Source: Octopus vulgaris
Taxonomy: Eukaryota
Length of the DNA: 64,000 bases
Direction: 5' to 3'
Assembly: GCA_951406725.2 (NCBI GenBank)
Contig: OX597814.1
Location: 68,386,001-68,450,000, forward strand
Shown here piece by piece: positions 13,541 through 25,499 of the stretch. Positions within the stretch are counted from its first letter, which is position 1. Every line of letters begins with the position of its first letter. The position numbers and the translations under genes are program-made. Under the pieces are notes generated by a model that had not been told where the DNA came from, searched no databases, and saw only the letters and a list, made by a program, of their open reading frames with translations.

Positions 13541-13671
13541 TTTGGTATAAATTTGTTGAATTAAAAATGTGGTAATAAAACATACAATGACATATTAAAA
13601 AGACGAATTAAAATTCCAGAGGAAAATACATAGAAGATTAATATACAAATTTACAAAAATACACCAAAGTT

Positions 13672-13755
13672 CATCTACGGGCCGTTTCAGAGAAGCATCA
13701 ATTAATATTAAAAACATATCATATATTTAAAATTGACACTCCGCTCGTCAGGATG
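13672..13755 (-). ncRNA. Type I hammerhead ribozyme-like motif with canonical core
   Basis: CATC CTGACGA [GCGGAGTGTCAATT...AATTGATGCTTCTC]T GAAA CGG C CCG TA GATG. All three stems are present and the cleavage triplet is GUA. There is one extra U before GAAA and a 1-nt loop III. Confidence 0.65.
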
Positions 13756-14162
13756 TTTTTTACACACAACACATAGTACACGGAAACAAATGCACAATTA
13801 CATACCTGCTACATGCGAAAGACTAGACATTACGTACTCCCAAAAATTCTCATAGATACTGAATGCTACTTTATAAGCATATAATTCAATCTAGCAGCTA
13901 TAGTAAATGGTATGAGCACACGTCCATCTGGACTAATTCACTTCTGCACTCAATTGTTTTTTCATATTTTAATTTCTCCCATTCATGCAAATCCACATAT
14001 TCGAGTTCAAATCCTTGATACATTTTATACTAATTGCTATTTTTTCTTTTAATTGTTATATAACGATTTAATTAGCCAATAAATACAAAATTAATTAGCC
14101 AATAAATACAAAATGGCTGACGGTTAGTAAGGAGAAACACAAATAAGTGAGAAGAAAACAAA

Positions 14163-14207
14163 GGACCACTGATGCGGTCACAGGAGTGTGACGAAAGAAC
14201 TCTGGCC
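14163..14207 (+). ncRNA. Minimal hammerhead-like motif, degenerate
   Basis: CCA CTGATGCG GTCAC aggagt GTGAC GAAA gaac TC TGG. Confidence 0.45.
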
Positions 14208-14524
14208 GAAATAAGATTAAGATTAATGTAAAAAATAAATAACACTGAAGCAAAGTAACACCAAATATATAGTGCGTGTGTTTTTATTGGCTAAACTGGC
14301 AAAATATATATATAGTAATATATATATTTATATATATTACTATATATAAATATTACTATATATTTCTAAACGTCGGGCTTTATGTCTGTTCTGTAGATAT
14401 AAATGAATATATGAATATATGTATGTGTTTGATCTATATGTGGATTTTGTAGTGCTTTTGTAGTTGCTGCTCGCATTGCCTCCCCTCGGATTAAAAAGTG
14501 TATACAGCTCATTTGAGCACTACT

Positions 14525-14592
14525 GTTCCAGTTTGTTATATATTTTGAGCGTTGTTGTCACTAACGATCTCAAGATATAACTTTATATTTTG

Positions 14593-14640
<48 letters not shown>

Positions 14641-15030
14641 ATATACATACAATAGAGAGATGTTTTTGTTTCACTTTTAACACGTAATACTGAAATAGTG
14701 GAGAAGATATGATACTGCTGTGGGCTCGCTCTAGGCAAGAAGTTAAACATTTTTTTGCCCATGATACTACATGGACCCTAAGTAAGGCATGTGTAAAATT
14801 TGAATGAAACTGGTTCTGTAGTTCTCAAGTTTTAGGGAATCATAGTGGAGAAGATATGATATTGCTGTGGGCTCGCCCTAGGCAAAAAGTTAAAAAAAGT
14901 TTTTGCCGATGACACTCCTCCGACCCTAAGTAAAGCATATGTGAAATTTGAACGAAATTGGTCGCGTAGTTTTAGAGAAACACACAGACAGACAGACAGA
15001 CACACATTCTCAGTTTTATATATATAGAGA
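14525..15030 (-). mobile_element. Helitron-family 5' region in inverted orientation (14640-15030) plus an internal fragment (14525-14595)
   Basis: Reverse complement of 9250-9650, including the internal tandem duplication. The 14525-14595 piece matches 12060-12130 in direct orientation. Confidence 0.8.
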
Positions 15031-15110
15031 TACATATATGTGTGTGTGTATCCATATATATATAACAGAAAAGTCTAATTTTTCAATTGAATGTAACCGG
15101 GCAACGCCGG

Positions 15111-15918
15111 GTGTGTTTTTTGTATCGTCTTTTAATGTTTCACGTTCTTGTCCCAGTTAGTATTTTTTTACTTTTACATATGTACATAAGCGATGACGTA
15201 CCCCTTTTTGATCCTATACGTAAGTATATATTCTTTAACACATGGTACGACTCTACAACACTGTGTCTCTCCCCCGTCTCCTACATTTCTCTGCCTTTCA
15301 CACTTTGCACTCCACTTGATCTGTCTCTTTTTCTCTCTTTCTCCTCCTCCTTCGTTCCTTGTTCCCCTTCTTTCTCTCTTCATCTGTCCCTCTTTTTCCT
15401 CTCTTTTTCCATCACGTGACTAGCCACCGATTGCTGGCCTTTCGCGTCCAGCAGCCGTTGTAGCAAGACACACTTGTTTGTCTCTCTGTAGCCTTAAGGC
15501 TCTCTTCTAACGCCAGCTCAAAACCTTACTCGTCCTGTCGAAAAGACGCTTGTCTGTGACGTCCTGTTTTTGTTGTTATTATTTTCATTATTGTTTTTAC
15601 GTATTTTTGTATTCTTATTCGTGCTATCATTATTGTTTTTACGTATTTGTGTATTTTTATTCGTGTAACATCGTCCGTTTTCCGTCCTTGTTTTGTATAC
15701 ATTCGAGACTTTCTTCCAAGGAATCTAATGCGCTTGGCATATATTTTCCTTTGGGGTTGGCCAGGTCGGAGCAATCTCTGGATTAATCAGCCGAAATTGC
15801 GAAGATGATCCGGTTCTTGACTGAAGATTGAAGGCTTCGAATGTCCCGTCCGTGTTTTTTGTATCGTCTTTTAATGTTTCACATTCTTGTCCCAGTTAGT
15901 ATTTTTTTACTTTTACAC
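15111..15918 (+). mobile_element. Penelope-like non-autonomous repeat with ~68-bp direct terminal repeats
   Basis: gtgttttttgtatcgtcttttaatgtttcac..tcttgtcccagttagtatttttttactttta occurs at ~15113 and ~15852. The 3' part resembles 33720-33900, which follows a Penelope-like coding remnant. Confidence 0.5.
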
Positions 15919-16519
15919 ACACACATATATATATATATAAATATATCTTACTTTCTCTCTCTTTCACTCTCCCTTTCACTCTATCACATGTGTCTGTCTA
16001 TCCCCCTGTCTGTTTACTACCTACTTGTCCATTCATTCATTGGTCTATCTATCCGTCCACCCGTCTTTCTAACCGTCTGTGTCTCCTGCTATCTTTCCGT
16101 TTGTCAGTTATGTGGATAATAAATATTAAAATTCACAATCCGTTTTCCTGAATGTGTGCAACTCAGCTTTTGGTAAACAGTCCATTCCATAACAAATATG
16201 GTCCTTAAGGTTCTTCAGCGAAAATGATGCCTGCAATCATTTCCAGTACATTTCTTAGCCCTGAAAACCTCTAAGCATCAGACTTTTTTTCTCCTATATT
16301 TTCTCAGTAGAGAAAAAACAATTTCCCTCGTTACACGGAAAGGTAAAATACAAAATATTGCGCACTCATAAACACAGGCAAAATGCATGTAAGCATACGT
16401 ACATATATACAATACAACACAACATACATAAACACATTCACAAACTAATACATATCTACATATAAAATATATACATATATTTATACACACACACACATGC
16501 ACACATATCCACATACAAT

Positions 16520-16810
16520 CGTGAGTTTGTGAGCTCGAATTCCGGACCGGGTTGTTTGTTGTGTTCTTGAGCAAGACACTTTATTTCACGTTGCACTAGT
16601 TCACTCAGCTATAGAAATGAGTTGCGACGTCACAGGTGCCAAGCTGTATCGGCCTTTGCCTTTCCGTTGTGTAACATCGGTGGCGTGGAGAGGGGAGGCC
16701 GACATGCATGGGCGACTGCTGGTCTTCCATAAACAACCTAGCCCGGACTTGTACTTGGGAGGGTAACTTTCTAGGAGCAATTCCATGGTCTGTGTCATGA
16801 CCGAAGGGGG

Positions 16811-16814
<4 letters not shown>
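16520..16814 (+). mobile_element. Second SINE family copy
   Basis: Homologous in reverse to 4055-4350. Confidence 0.8.
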
Positions 16815-16900
<86 letters not shown>

Positions 16901-17112
16901 ATATATATATATATATATATACATAATACATACATACATACCTACAAAATTAATAGATATATATAAGAATTATATATAACAAGGGTGCTATGAACTGCCA
17001 GCTTTGCTAAAAATAAGAGTAAAGAATACTCCAAAGCCATAAAAATTAATACTAGATTTTCACAGGCATGGTTGGAAATGTTATTTATATATTTATAAAT
17101 GTTGTTTATATT

Positions 17113-18190
17113 CTTTTATATGTTTCAGCCTTGAGACTGCGGTCATGCTGGGGCACCGCCATTGTAACTACCTTTTAATTGGCCAATTCTATGGATTTGG
17201 CTTCTGGTGAACGAGGGAGTTCGATATCGCTCCTCTCTTTTGCGTTTCCTGCCTTGATATTTGTTCATCTGGGATCTTGGATAGCAAGAGGTCAAGTTGT
17301 TTCTTGAAAACATCTACTCCCATTACATGGAGATCATTCAGATATTTTGGCAAGGAGTTAAATAGTTGTGGGCCATTGAATCCCAAGCTATTGCAGTACA
17401 TGGTCGCCTTAGATGAGACAGCTGGGACTTTTGGAACTGTGCAGTGATGTCCATTTCGAGGTCTGGTATAACTCGCAATTCCAAAGTTTGGTGCCAGCAC
17501 CTCCAGTATCTTCCTTACATATATCACTGCGTACCTCTTCTGTCTTCGCTCCAGAGAGTAGAGTCGTAGCTCTTTCAATCTCACTCAGTTGTTCAGCTGT
17601 CCATGAATGCAATCTACCTCATGTAGTATCGCTGAACCGCCTCAAGTTCTGCTATTAATCCTACGGTGCAGGGTGACCATAGTTGAGAGCAGTAGTCCAG
17701 ATGGCTGAGGACAAATGTCCTCAATAGGACCAGCATAGTTTCCTGGTCCCTTGTTCTGAAGGTTCTCAGAATCCATCCGGCCATTCGCCTGCACACTGCC
17801 ACCAACCTGGTGACATGCATGTGAAACGAGGCATCGGTGCGCATATGAATCCTAAGATCACGTACCGTATGTAATGCTAGGATTGCTGCTCCTTTTGATC
17901 CAAAGTAGCATCAGAAAGTTCCTTGACTGCTTGTACTACTTTTGTATCGTCAGCGTAGCTAGTTAGTGTGGCAATCTGTGTAACTATGGCATGTCTGAAA
18001 GATCCACCATGAAGAGCTGTGGCCTCAATACAGTTCCCTGAGACACTCCACTTTCTATTAACGTCACCGTGGAGAGGACTCCGTCGGCTGCTACAGCCTG
18101 GCTTCTGTCTTTCAAGAAGTCATGCAATCACTCTCCAATTTTCCCAGTTATGCCGAGTCTCCGTATTTTGTGACATATCAACCCATAATC
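17113..18190 (-). mobile_element. CR1/L2-group LINE 3' portion (RT and C-terminus), degraded
   Basis: SGVSQGTVL, YADDTK, SHLDYCSQLWSP, LE.VQR and RLKELRLYSLERR motifs, then a short 3' UTR with a stem-loop tail. Confidence 0.85.
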
Positions 18191-18256
18191 AATCTCATAT
18201 GTGTGTGTGTGCCTGTGCCTGTGTGTGCGGGTGTGGTTGTGTGTATGTGTCTGTGT

Positions 18257-18856
18257 AGAATTATAATTGTCACTAAATGTGACTAGGGTGTTAAAAACAC
18301 CTACATTGCTAGAAATAAGAGCTAAATGCTCTAATGCTGTAGTTAATGCACATAAAAGAAAACATACATTAACAGGGACCATAATTTTCTGAAAAATAAT
18401 GACAAAGGAATCTTAAGACTGAAGTGTTAGCTTCGACAGTTTCCGTTGCCATCAAGCTAATGGATGATTTAGCGATTCGCTAATGTGTATACACAAAATT
18501 AACGTAAACAGCAGGTTACAATGTTTCACCTAAAAGGAAAATTATAATTTGTCAATAAATGGGACTAGGGTCATCCATTAATTTGGATGACGAAAACATA
18601 TATGCTAATAGAGAAGCGGGTCCGGAGATGGCCGGGCACTGAGTTGCCTTAATCGATGGTGGCAACGGAAATTGTCGAAACTGACGCGTCAGTCTTACGA
18701 ATTCTCGGACGGTATCTTTCTGGCAATCATGGCCCTGTTAGTGTATATGTATTTATGCATGTGCGTTAACTATAGCATTAGAGCATTTTCGCTATTATTT
18801 CTAGCAGTGTATGTGTTTTTAACACCCTAGTCACATCTAGTGACAATTATAATTCT
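18257..18856. repeat. Fold-back/MITE-like element with ~200-bp imperfect inverted arms
   Basis: agaattataattgtcactaaatgtgactagggtgttaaaaacac...gttgcca (18257-18453) is the inverse of 18658-18856. Confidence 0.8.
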
Positions 18857-18918
18857 CCCTTTAAGAGAAACATTACAAACTGTTGTTTACATTTATTGTG
18901 TGGGTATATATATATACA

Positions 18919-18971
<53 letters not shown>

Positions 18972-19038
18972 ATATATATATATATTTAATTTATTTTATC
19001 TAGTTTCCGCTCACGAGCTGTGGCCATGCTGGGGCACC

Positions 19039-19081
<43 letters not shown>

Positions 19082-19169
19082 GTATGTATATATATGATTG
19101 ATTGATTGATTCTAGTTTCAGCTTATGAGCTGTGGCCATGCTGGGGCACCGCCATATATATATATATAT

Positions 19170-19199
<30 letters not shown>

Positions 19200-19201
<2 letters not shown>

Positions 19202-19400
19202 ATCTGACAATCTCTTTCTGTGTGTCTGTGTGTCTGTATGTGTCCATCACTAAACCTCGAGAGCTACCCAACGGATTGCATTCAAATTTTTCACATGCCC
19301 TTTATAGGGTCTATGTAGTGTCATGGGCGAAAAAATATATTTATATCTTAGCATTTGCTTTCGGCGGGGAATTTGTAACTACAACATGAATGTAATCGAT
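19200..19400 (+). mobile_element. Diverged Helitron-family 5' fragment
   Basis: gattgcattcaaattttcacatgcc...agggtctatgtagtgtcatgggc resembles 9470-9530. Confidence 0.55.
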
Positions 19401-19772
19401 CAAACCGCATGGGTAATTCGTCGCCCGTGTAGGTCCGATATATTGCATCGACAAATGTTGCTGACGATTCATAGATAGATATGTGAGTATAATTTGCATA
19501 TTATGTTGATGAAGAAGCAATTGTACAACATTAATCCATTTTTTAGTTGTATTTCATTTTCTTTACGTTGAGAGTAGAGCTATTACTGTGTGGAGTCATC
19601 GTCGGCGATTATACCAGAGGAGCTATTTCTAGCACTAGAGTTAACCTATCTAGGTAAAGTCTCTTATATTTACGGATGAGTATATTGTCTCCCTGGTTTT
19701 GTTGTGCTAGGTCGCCTGGTGTTAAGACAAGGGTATTATTAAATAATATCTAATTTTTTTCACCCTCATTTT

Positions 19773-19902
<130 letters not shown>

Positions 19903-19930
19903 TATGTATATGTATATATATATATATATA

Positions 19931-20186
19931 GGTGCGGACGTGGGCGTGGCTGCGTGCTAACAAGTTTGCTTGCCAACCACATGGTTCCGAGTTCAGTCCC
20001 TGGGCATGTGTCTTCTACTATTCACTTGGTCCGACCAAAGCCATGTCAGTGAGTTTCGTTGATGGAAACTGAATGAAATATGTCCTATATCGATTTCTTC
20101 TGCCGAAACGATAAGTTGCGGGGACGTAAGCTTACTAACATTGGTTTCTAAGCGATGGTGGGGGAGGAACAAACTCAGATACAAAT

Positions 20187-20240
<54 letters not shown>

Positions 20241-20251
20241 CTCAGATACAA

Positions 20252-20331
<80 letters not shown>

Positions 20332-20545
20332 ATTTGTATCTGAGTTTGTTCCTCCACTACCATCGCTTAGAAACCAATGTTAGTAAGCTTACGTCCCCGC
20401 AACTTATCGTTTCGGTAGAAGAAATCGATAGATTAAGCACCAGGCTTACAAAGAATAAGTCAAGGGGTCGATTTCTTCAACTAAAAGACGATACTGCAGC
20501 ATGGCCACACTCAAATGACTGAAACAAGTAACAGAGTAAACGAGT
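19931..20545 (+). mobile_element. Octopus-type SINE containing an internal inverted duplication
   Basis: Normal head and tail. Segment 20088-20430 is a near-perfect fold-back. Confidence 0.85.
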
Positions 20546-20546
20546 G

Positions 20547-20591
<45 letters not shown>

Positions 20592-20864
20592 TAAAATTAC
20601 TAAGTCTCTCTAAAGGAGATTACGGCAGCGTTACTGGAAATTAATAGTTATCGCCATACTAATATGGCAGTCTTATAAATATAAGACTAAAGCTGTCGCT
20701 GATTAGCTCCAAGAGGCCACCGCCTCAAGCTAGCTATTTGACACTCAAACTGCGTCCATTACAAACCTTCGAACATATATATATATATAGATAGATAGAT
20801 AAATAGATAGATAGACAGACATATAGATAAATAGATAGATAGATATAGATATAGATATATTTAT

Positions 20865-20944
<80 letters not shown>

Positions 20945-20946
<2 letters not shown>

Positions 20947-21486
20947 GAGAAAAAGTCAAGATAGAAAATGCTAAAATAATTTTATAAAAAAACTTTTCAA
21001 TACCGGTTTCACTCCTTGAAACATTTTCAACTGTAAGTATGGAAAATAATGAAATTTTGGGAAAATTAAAAGAAAATGTATTTAAAAGAATGTTTGTATA
21101 GTATTCGTTGTGAATTCTTGGTAGGGAAGAAGAAGAAGAAGAAGAAGAAGAAGAAGAAGAAGAAGAAGAAGAAGAAGAAGAAGAAGAAGAAGAAGGGGGA
21201 ATAAGAAGGAATGTAAGTAGTATGATAGTAGTAAGCAATTAAATGGTCAAGTGACCTAAAATTGCCTTATGGATTAAAGCAGTAATTGGGACCGTTTTTT
21301 AATGAATTCTTTAATTTGGGATGTCTGAGTCCATTGATATTGAGCTGAAGGGCACGCTGAAAGCATATGTCAATTAGTGAAGGTGTGTAGTTCGTAGTGA
21401 TGAGTGTATCTTTTAGTTCATGTATTCGTGTGTCTCTGGTGTTTGCATTAGAAACTATAGTACATATCCTTTTTGCTAGGTTGAAG

Positions 21487-21566
<80 letters not shown>

Positions 21567-21690
21567 AGGTCGAAAATGAACACACGAGTTGATATATATG
21601 GAAAAAAGTCAAGATAGAAAATACTAAAATAATTTTTATAAAAAACATTTCAGTACCGGTTTCAGTCATTAAGACTTTTTAAGGGTAGTT
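20945..21690 (-). mobile_element. Penelope-like element remnant with two partial terminal repeats
   Basis: 21280-21490 minus encodes PFNLAKRICTIVSNANTRDTRIHELKDTLITTNYTPSLID (Penelope RT C-terminal region). Repeat gaaaaaagtcaagatagaaaat...taccggtttca occurs at ~20949 and ~21601. Confidence 0.7.
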
Positions 21691-21729
21691 GACCATTTAA
21701 AATACTGTGATCATGGTACTCCCGAATTA

Positions 21730-21764
<35 letters not shown>

Positions 21765-21887
21765 GAGTGGGTGACTTAAATATATTCTTTAACCTTATAA
21801 AACAAGCCTTCTTTAGTTTTTTCACTCCTTTCTATTTCTTTTATAGCCTTAGGGGTTAGCCATATTGAAATGGCAAATATACGTCAC

Positions 21888-21944
<57 letters not shown>

Positions 21945-21947
21945 ATG

Positions 21948-22008
<61 letters not shown>

Positions 22009-22018
22009 ATATATATAT

Positions 22019-22049
<31 letters not shown>

Positions 22050-22129
22050 GTATATGTATATATATACATATATATGTATGGATATATATAAATATATATA
22101 TTTATATATATATATATATATATATATAC

Positions 22130-23320
22130 GTAGAATGCGTACTAGTTTGGTGATGCTAGGGTCGGGACAAGGCACGACGGTCAAGCGGTAGTAGATGTCG
22201 GACGCGATGTACATGTTCCCCACCTCCACCCGACCTTTTAGGAACAGTTTCCTCTCGGCCCATTGCCGGGCGAGAGTGACCACCCTACTCGTTATCTCGT
22301 TCTAGTTCTTCTCCTTTTGGAGGTCCGGACCAAACCAGACCCCGAATAAGTCGACCAGACCGTCGGTCCAGTGTCCCACGACGGAGGCGCTGGTGGACGG
22401 CATGGGCTTGCTTCCTCAGGTACCGAGCCTCAAGCCCAATGACTTTTCCCGGTTGATTTGCGCTCCTGTCACCGTTTCGTAGTCTTTTAGTGTCTCGCCG
22501 ACCAGCTCCATGTGCTCGTGGCTAGACACTATGACGGTGACATCGTCCGCGTATGCAGACACGCTCGTCCCGCATCCCAATTCTCCTCAGAGTTGCCAGC
22601 TTCCGCAATAATGGCTCGAGAGTCAATACGTACAGAAGCGTCGAGAGAGGGCATCCCTGACGGACCGAACGTGCAATGTCGAAAGGTCTCGATAGATGTC
22701 CATTTATACGAATTACAAAACGAATACCTCTGTACAAAGCGGCTATCCAGTCGTGGGAGACGGGACCGAAATCAGCCGCTCTGAGGACAGCCTCCAATTA
22801 TTGATGGTCTACCCTATTGAAAGCTTTCGATTGATCCAAATTGATCAGAGCCCCACTCATGCCAGGTTCCTTAACTACCCTGTCTATGATGTAGCGCATC
22901 AGATGGAGGTTGTCATGGATGCTCCGGCCCGGCACGGCGCACGTTTGCGCCTTGTGGACCAGTTTCTCTATGACAAGCGCCAGCCTCTTGGCTAACACCT
23001 CAAAATTTTCAAGTCTGCATTAAGCAGAGTGATGGGCCTAAAGTTATCAATTACGTCCCCCTTGTTTAGATCTTTCCTCAGCAGTGTTACGGCTCCTCAG
23101 CTCACAAAACCAGGGATGCTCCCGTTTTGCTGCAAGTTGCAGTACACCGCTGCCAAGACGTCTCCAAGCAAAGCTACTAGGGTAGGCCATCCAAACCCGG
23201 CGATTTGTCCCTCACGCATTCTGCCATCGCGTCCTGCACTTCCGCTGCCGTGATGGCACATTCGCAGCGCCCTGTCTCTCTTGTCAGGAGTCGTGGCAGG
23301 CTGTGTAGGTAGACACTGAA
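22130..23320 (-). mobile_element. L1/Tx1-like LINE reverse transcriptase fragment
   Basis: RPITLLN, LDQSKAFNRVDH, SVRQGCPLSTLLYVLTLEPLLRKL and YADDV motifs, with frameshifts. Confidence 0.9.
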
Positions 23321-23586
23321 GTCAGATAGATAGGTTAAATTTCAATTTGGTACGCCTATTCTTACATAATATTTGAATCAAATATGAATCTTGTCTATTT
23401 AATTTTTTTAAAATGGAAAGATTTTGCCTGACAATTTTCGGAAAGACTTTATAAAAATTAATGTATAACATTGACAAAAGGCTTCGAAGACGTAGGCAGT
23501 TTTTTTTACTCCAGTATTCTGAGTGTAATTTACTCAATTGAACTTGGGAAGATGACAGTTAATGTCGACTGGGGTAAGATTTGCGA

Positions 23587-24536
23587 TCTATATAAATAAA
23601 TAAATAAATGCTTGAAGTATTTTTTATGTTATTAAATCTTAACAATATTTTAGTTTCCCATATAATTTCACAGTAACATCCATCATTATTGTCCACTAGC
23701 ACAATGATAAATTTTTAGTTTAGCAAGCATTTGATTCTTCTGTTAATTTACACGTGTAAACCATGAAGGCATTTTCCTAAATATATTTTCGTATGATGTT
23801 ATTTTTTTCTTCTCAATGTAATGAAATCCTATTGTACTCTTTACTGGGCCATGACTCTTTACAGGGTTATGACACTTTACATGTATCTTCAAAACAAAGA
23901 CTCAACCCGAATACTTGCAACATAGTGCTCTCTGTTAAAGGCCCATAAGATGCAGGATGATGTTAAATCGGATGATGAATAAACGGAATTTGTAGAGAAG
24001 CCTGTTGTACACATAGCACCCCTCACATACACACACGCACAAATATTTTATCATTTATTTGCTTCAGTTATTAGACTGAAGTCATACACGAGCACCGCCG
24101 TGAATTATCTTTCGGTCGAATGACTCGAGCCCAGTACTTATATTTTTAAACCTACTACTTATTTTATTGATTTTTTTTTTTTTGCAGAAACGCTAATTTA
24201 CGGCGACGTATACACATCAACACCGGTTGTCAAGCGGTGGTGAGGGAATAAACACAGACACAAACACATGCGCGCGCACGACGGATTTCTTTCACTTTCC
24301 GTCTACCAAATCCACTCACAAGGCTTTGATGGGTTCGAGGCTATAATGGAAGGCACTTGCCCAAGGTGTTACGCAGTGTAGCTGAACTCGGAACCACGTG
24401 GTTGGGAAGGAAACTTCTAACCACACAGCCACGCTTGTGTCTAAATATCTATTACTTTTTATTAAAATTCTAAATAACGAACGGTGGACAGTACTGATAT
24501 GAGATATACATTTCCAATAGGCTAAACACTGACTCA
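23587..24536 (+). repeat. ~945-bp direct duplication, copy 1 (includes a minus-strand SINE at 24052-24436)
   Basis: Nearly identical to 27296-28237. Only a few substitutions and small indels are visible. Confidence 0.95.
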
Positions 24537-25170
24537 ACTTGTGTGTCTGTCTGTGTGTGTGTCTGTCTGTGTGTGTGTCTGTCTGTGTGTGTGTCTGTCT
24601 GTGTATGTGTCTGTCTGTGTGTGTGTCTGTGTGTTTAACTTCCCGGCACATCTCCTCTTAGCCAACAAATCGTAGAACCACAAAAAATGGGTCACTTAAA
24701 GTTTAGGCGAATGAAAATTGAACTGCGCTATTTCTGTTCCGAAATTCATCTCGCAAGTGCAAAAATCGATAATGTGTTTGTTTAGGCCTTATAGATTATA
24801 GATTAAAGTTTGAGCATTGAAGGAGGTAACTCTAGAAAAGCTATCAATGTAAGGGAGTAGCCTCCCTTGGAAGAAATAATGGCTCAGTGATAGAATGACA
24901 TAAGATAGCGAGGGGAGTGAGAGTGGTGTGAGGGGATAGGGGAAATCTATATATATAAATAAAACTCAACTTGTGTGTCTGTGTGTGTATCTGTGTGTGT
25001 GTCTGTGTGTTTAACTTCCCGGCACCATCTCCTCCTAGCCAACAAATTGTAGAACCACCAAAAATAGGTCACTTAAAGTTTAGGCGAATGAAAATTGAAC
25101 TGCGCTATTTCTGTTCCGAAATTCATCTCGCAAGTGCAAAAATCGATAATGTGTTTGTTTAGGCCTTATA
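24532..25170 (+). mobile_element. Two tandem Helitron-like 5' fragments (24532-24793 and 24946-25170)
   Basis: Shared actcaacttgtgtgtct...gtttaggccttata. The second begins A|TCTATATATATAAAT. Confidence 0.6.
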
Positions 25171-25499
25171 CCATGCATTGAATAGTGAACTTTACTCAGT
25201 CAGCTGTTTGACGTGAACTGTGTTCACCACGCATGCAAGCATGCGTAAATTGCATGAAAAATAAAAATAAAAAGCCGGGCAATACTGCTAATGCAATATA
25301 ATTTTTTCAAAACCATGACTATATGTAATCTCTGCTCAATCTCCCATTGGTGGTATGCGCATATTACACGAAAGGGAGATCTTGTAGGTTTCTTTGGAAA
25401 ACTACTGAGTTCAGTATCTACCACGAGTATTTTGTTGAGTGCTGTGTTTTTCGCAGCATGCTATTAAAGTCCTGAGATACTGCCCAAACACCCTACACC

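Noticed and set aside
16170-16345. Possible hAT dimerisation-domain remnant on the minus strand
   Set aside because: Too short and degenerate to support by eye.
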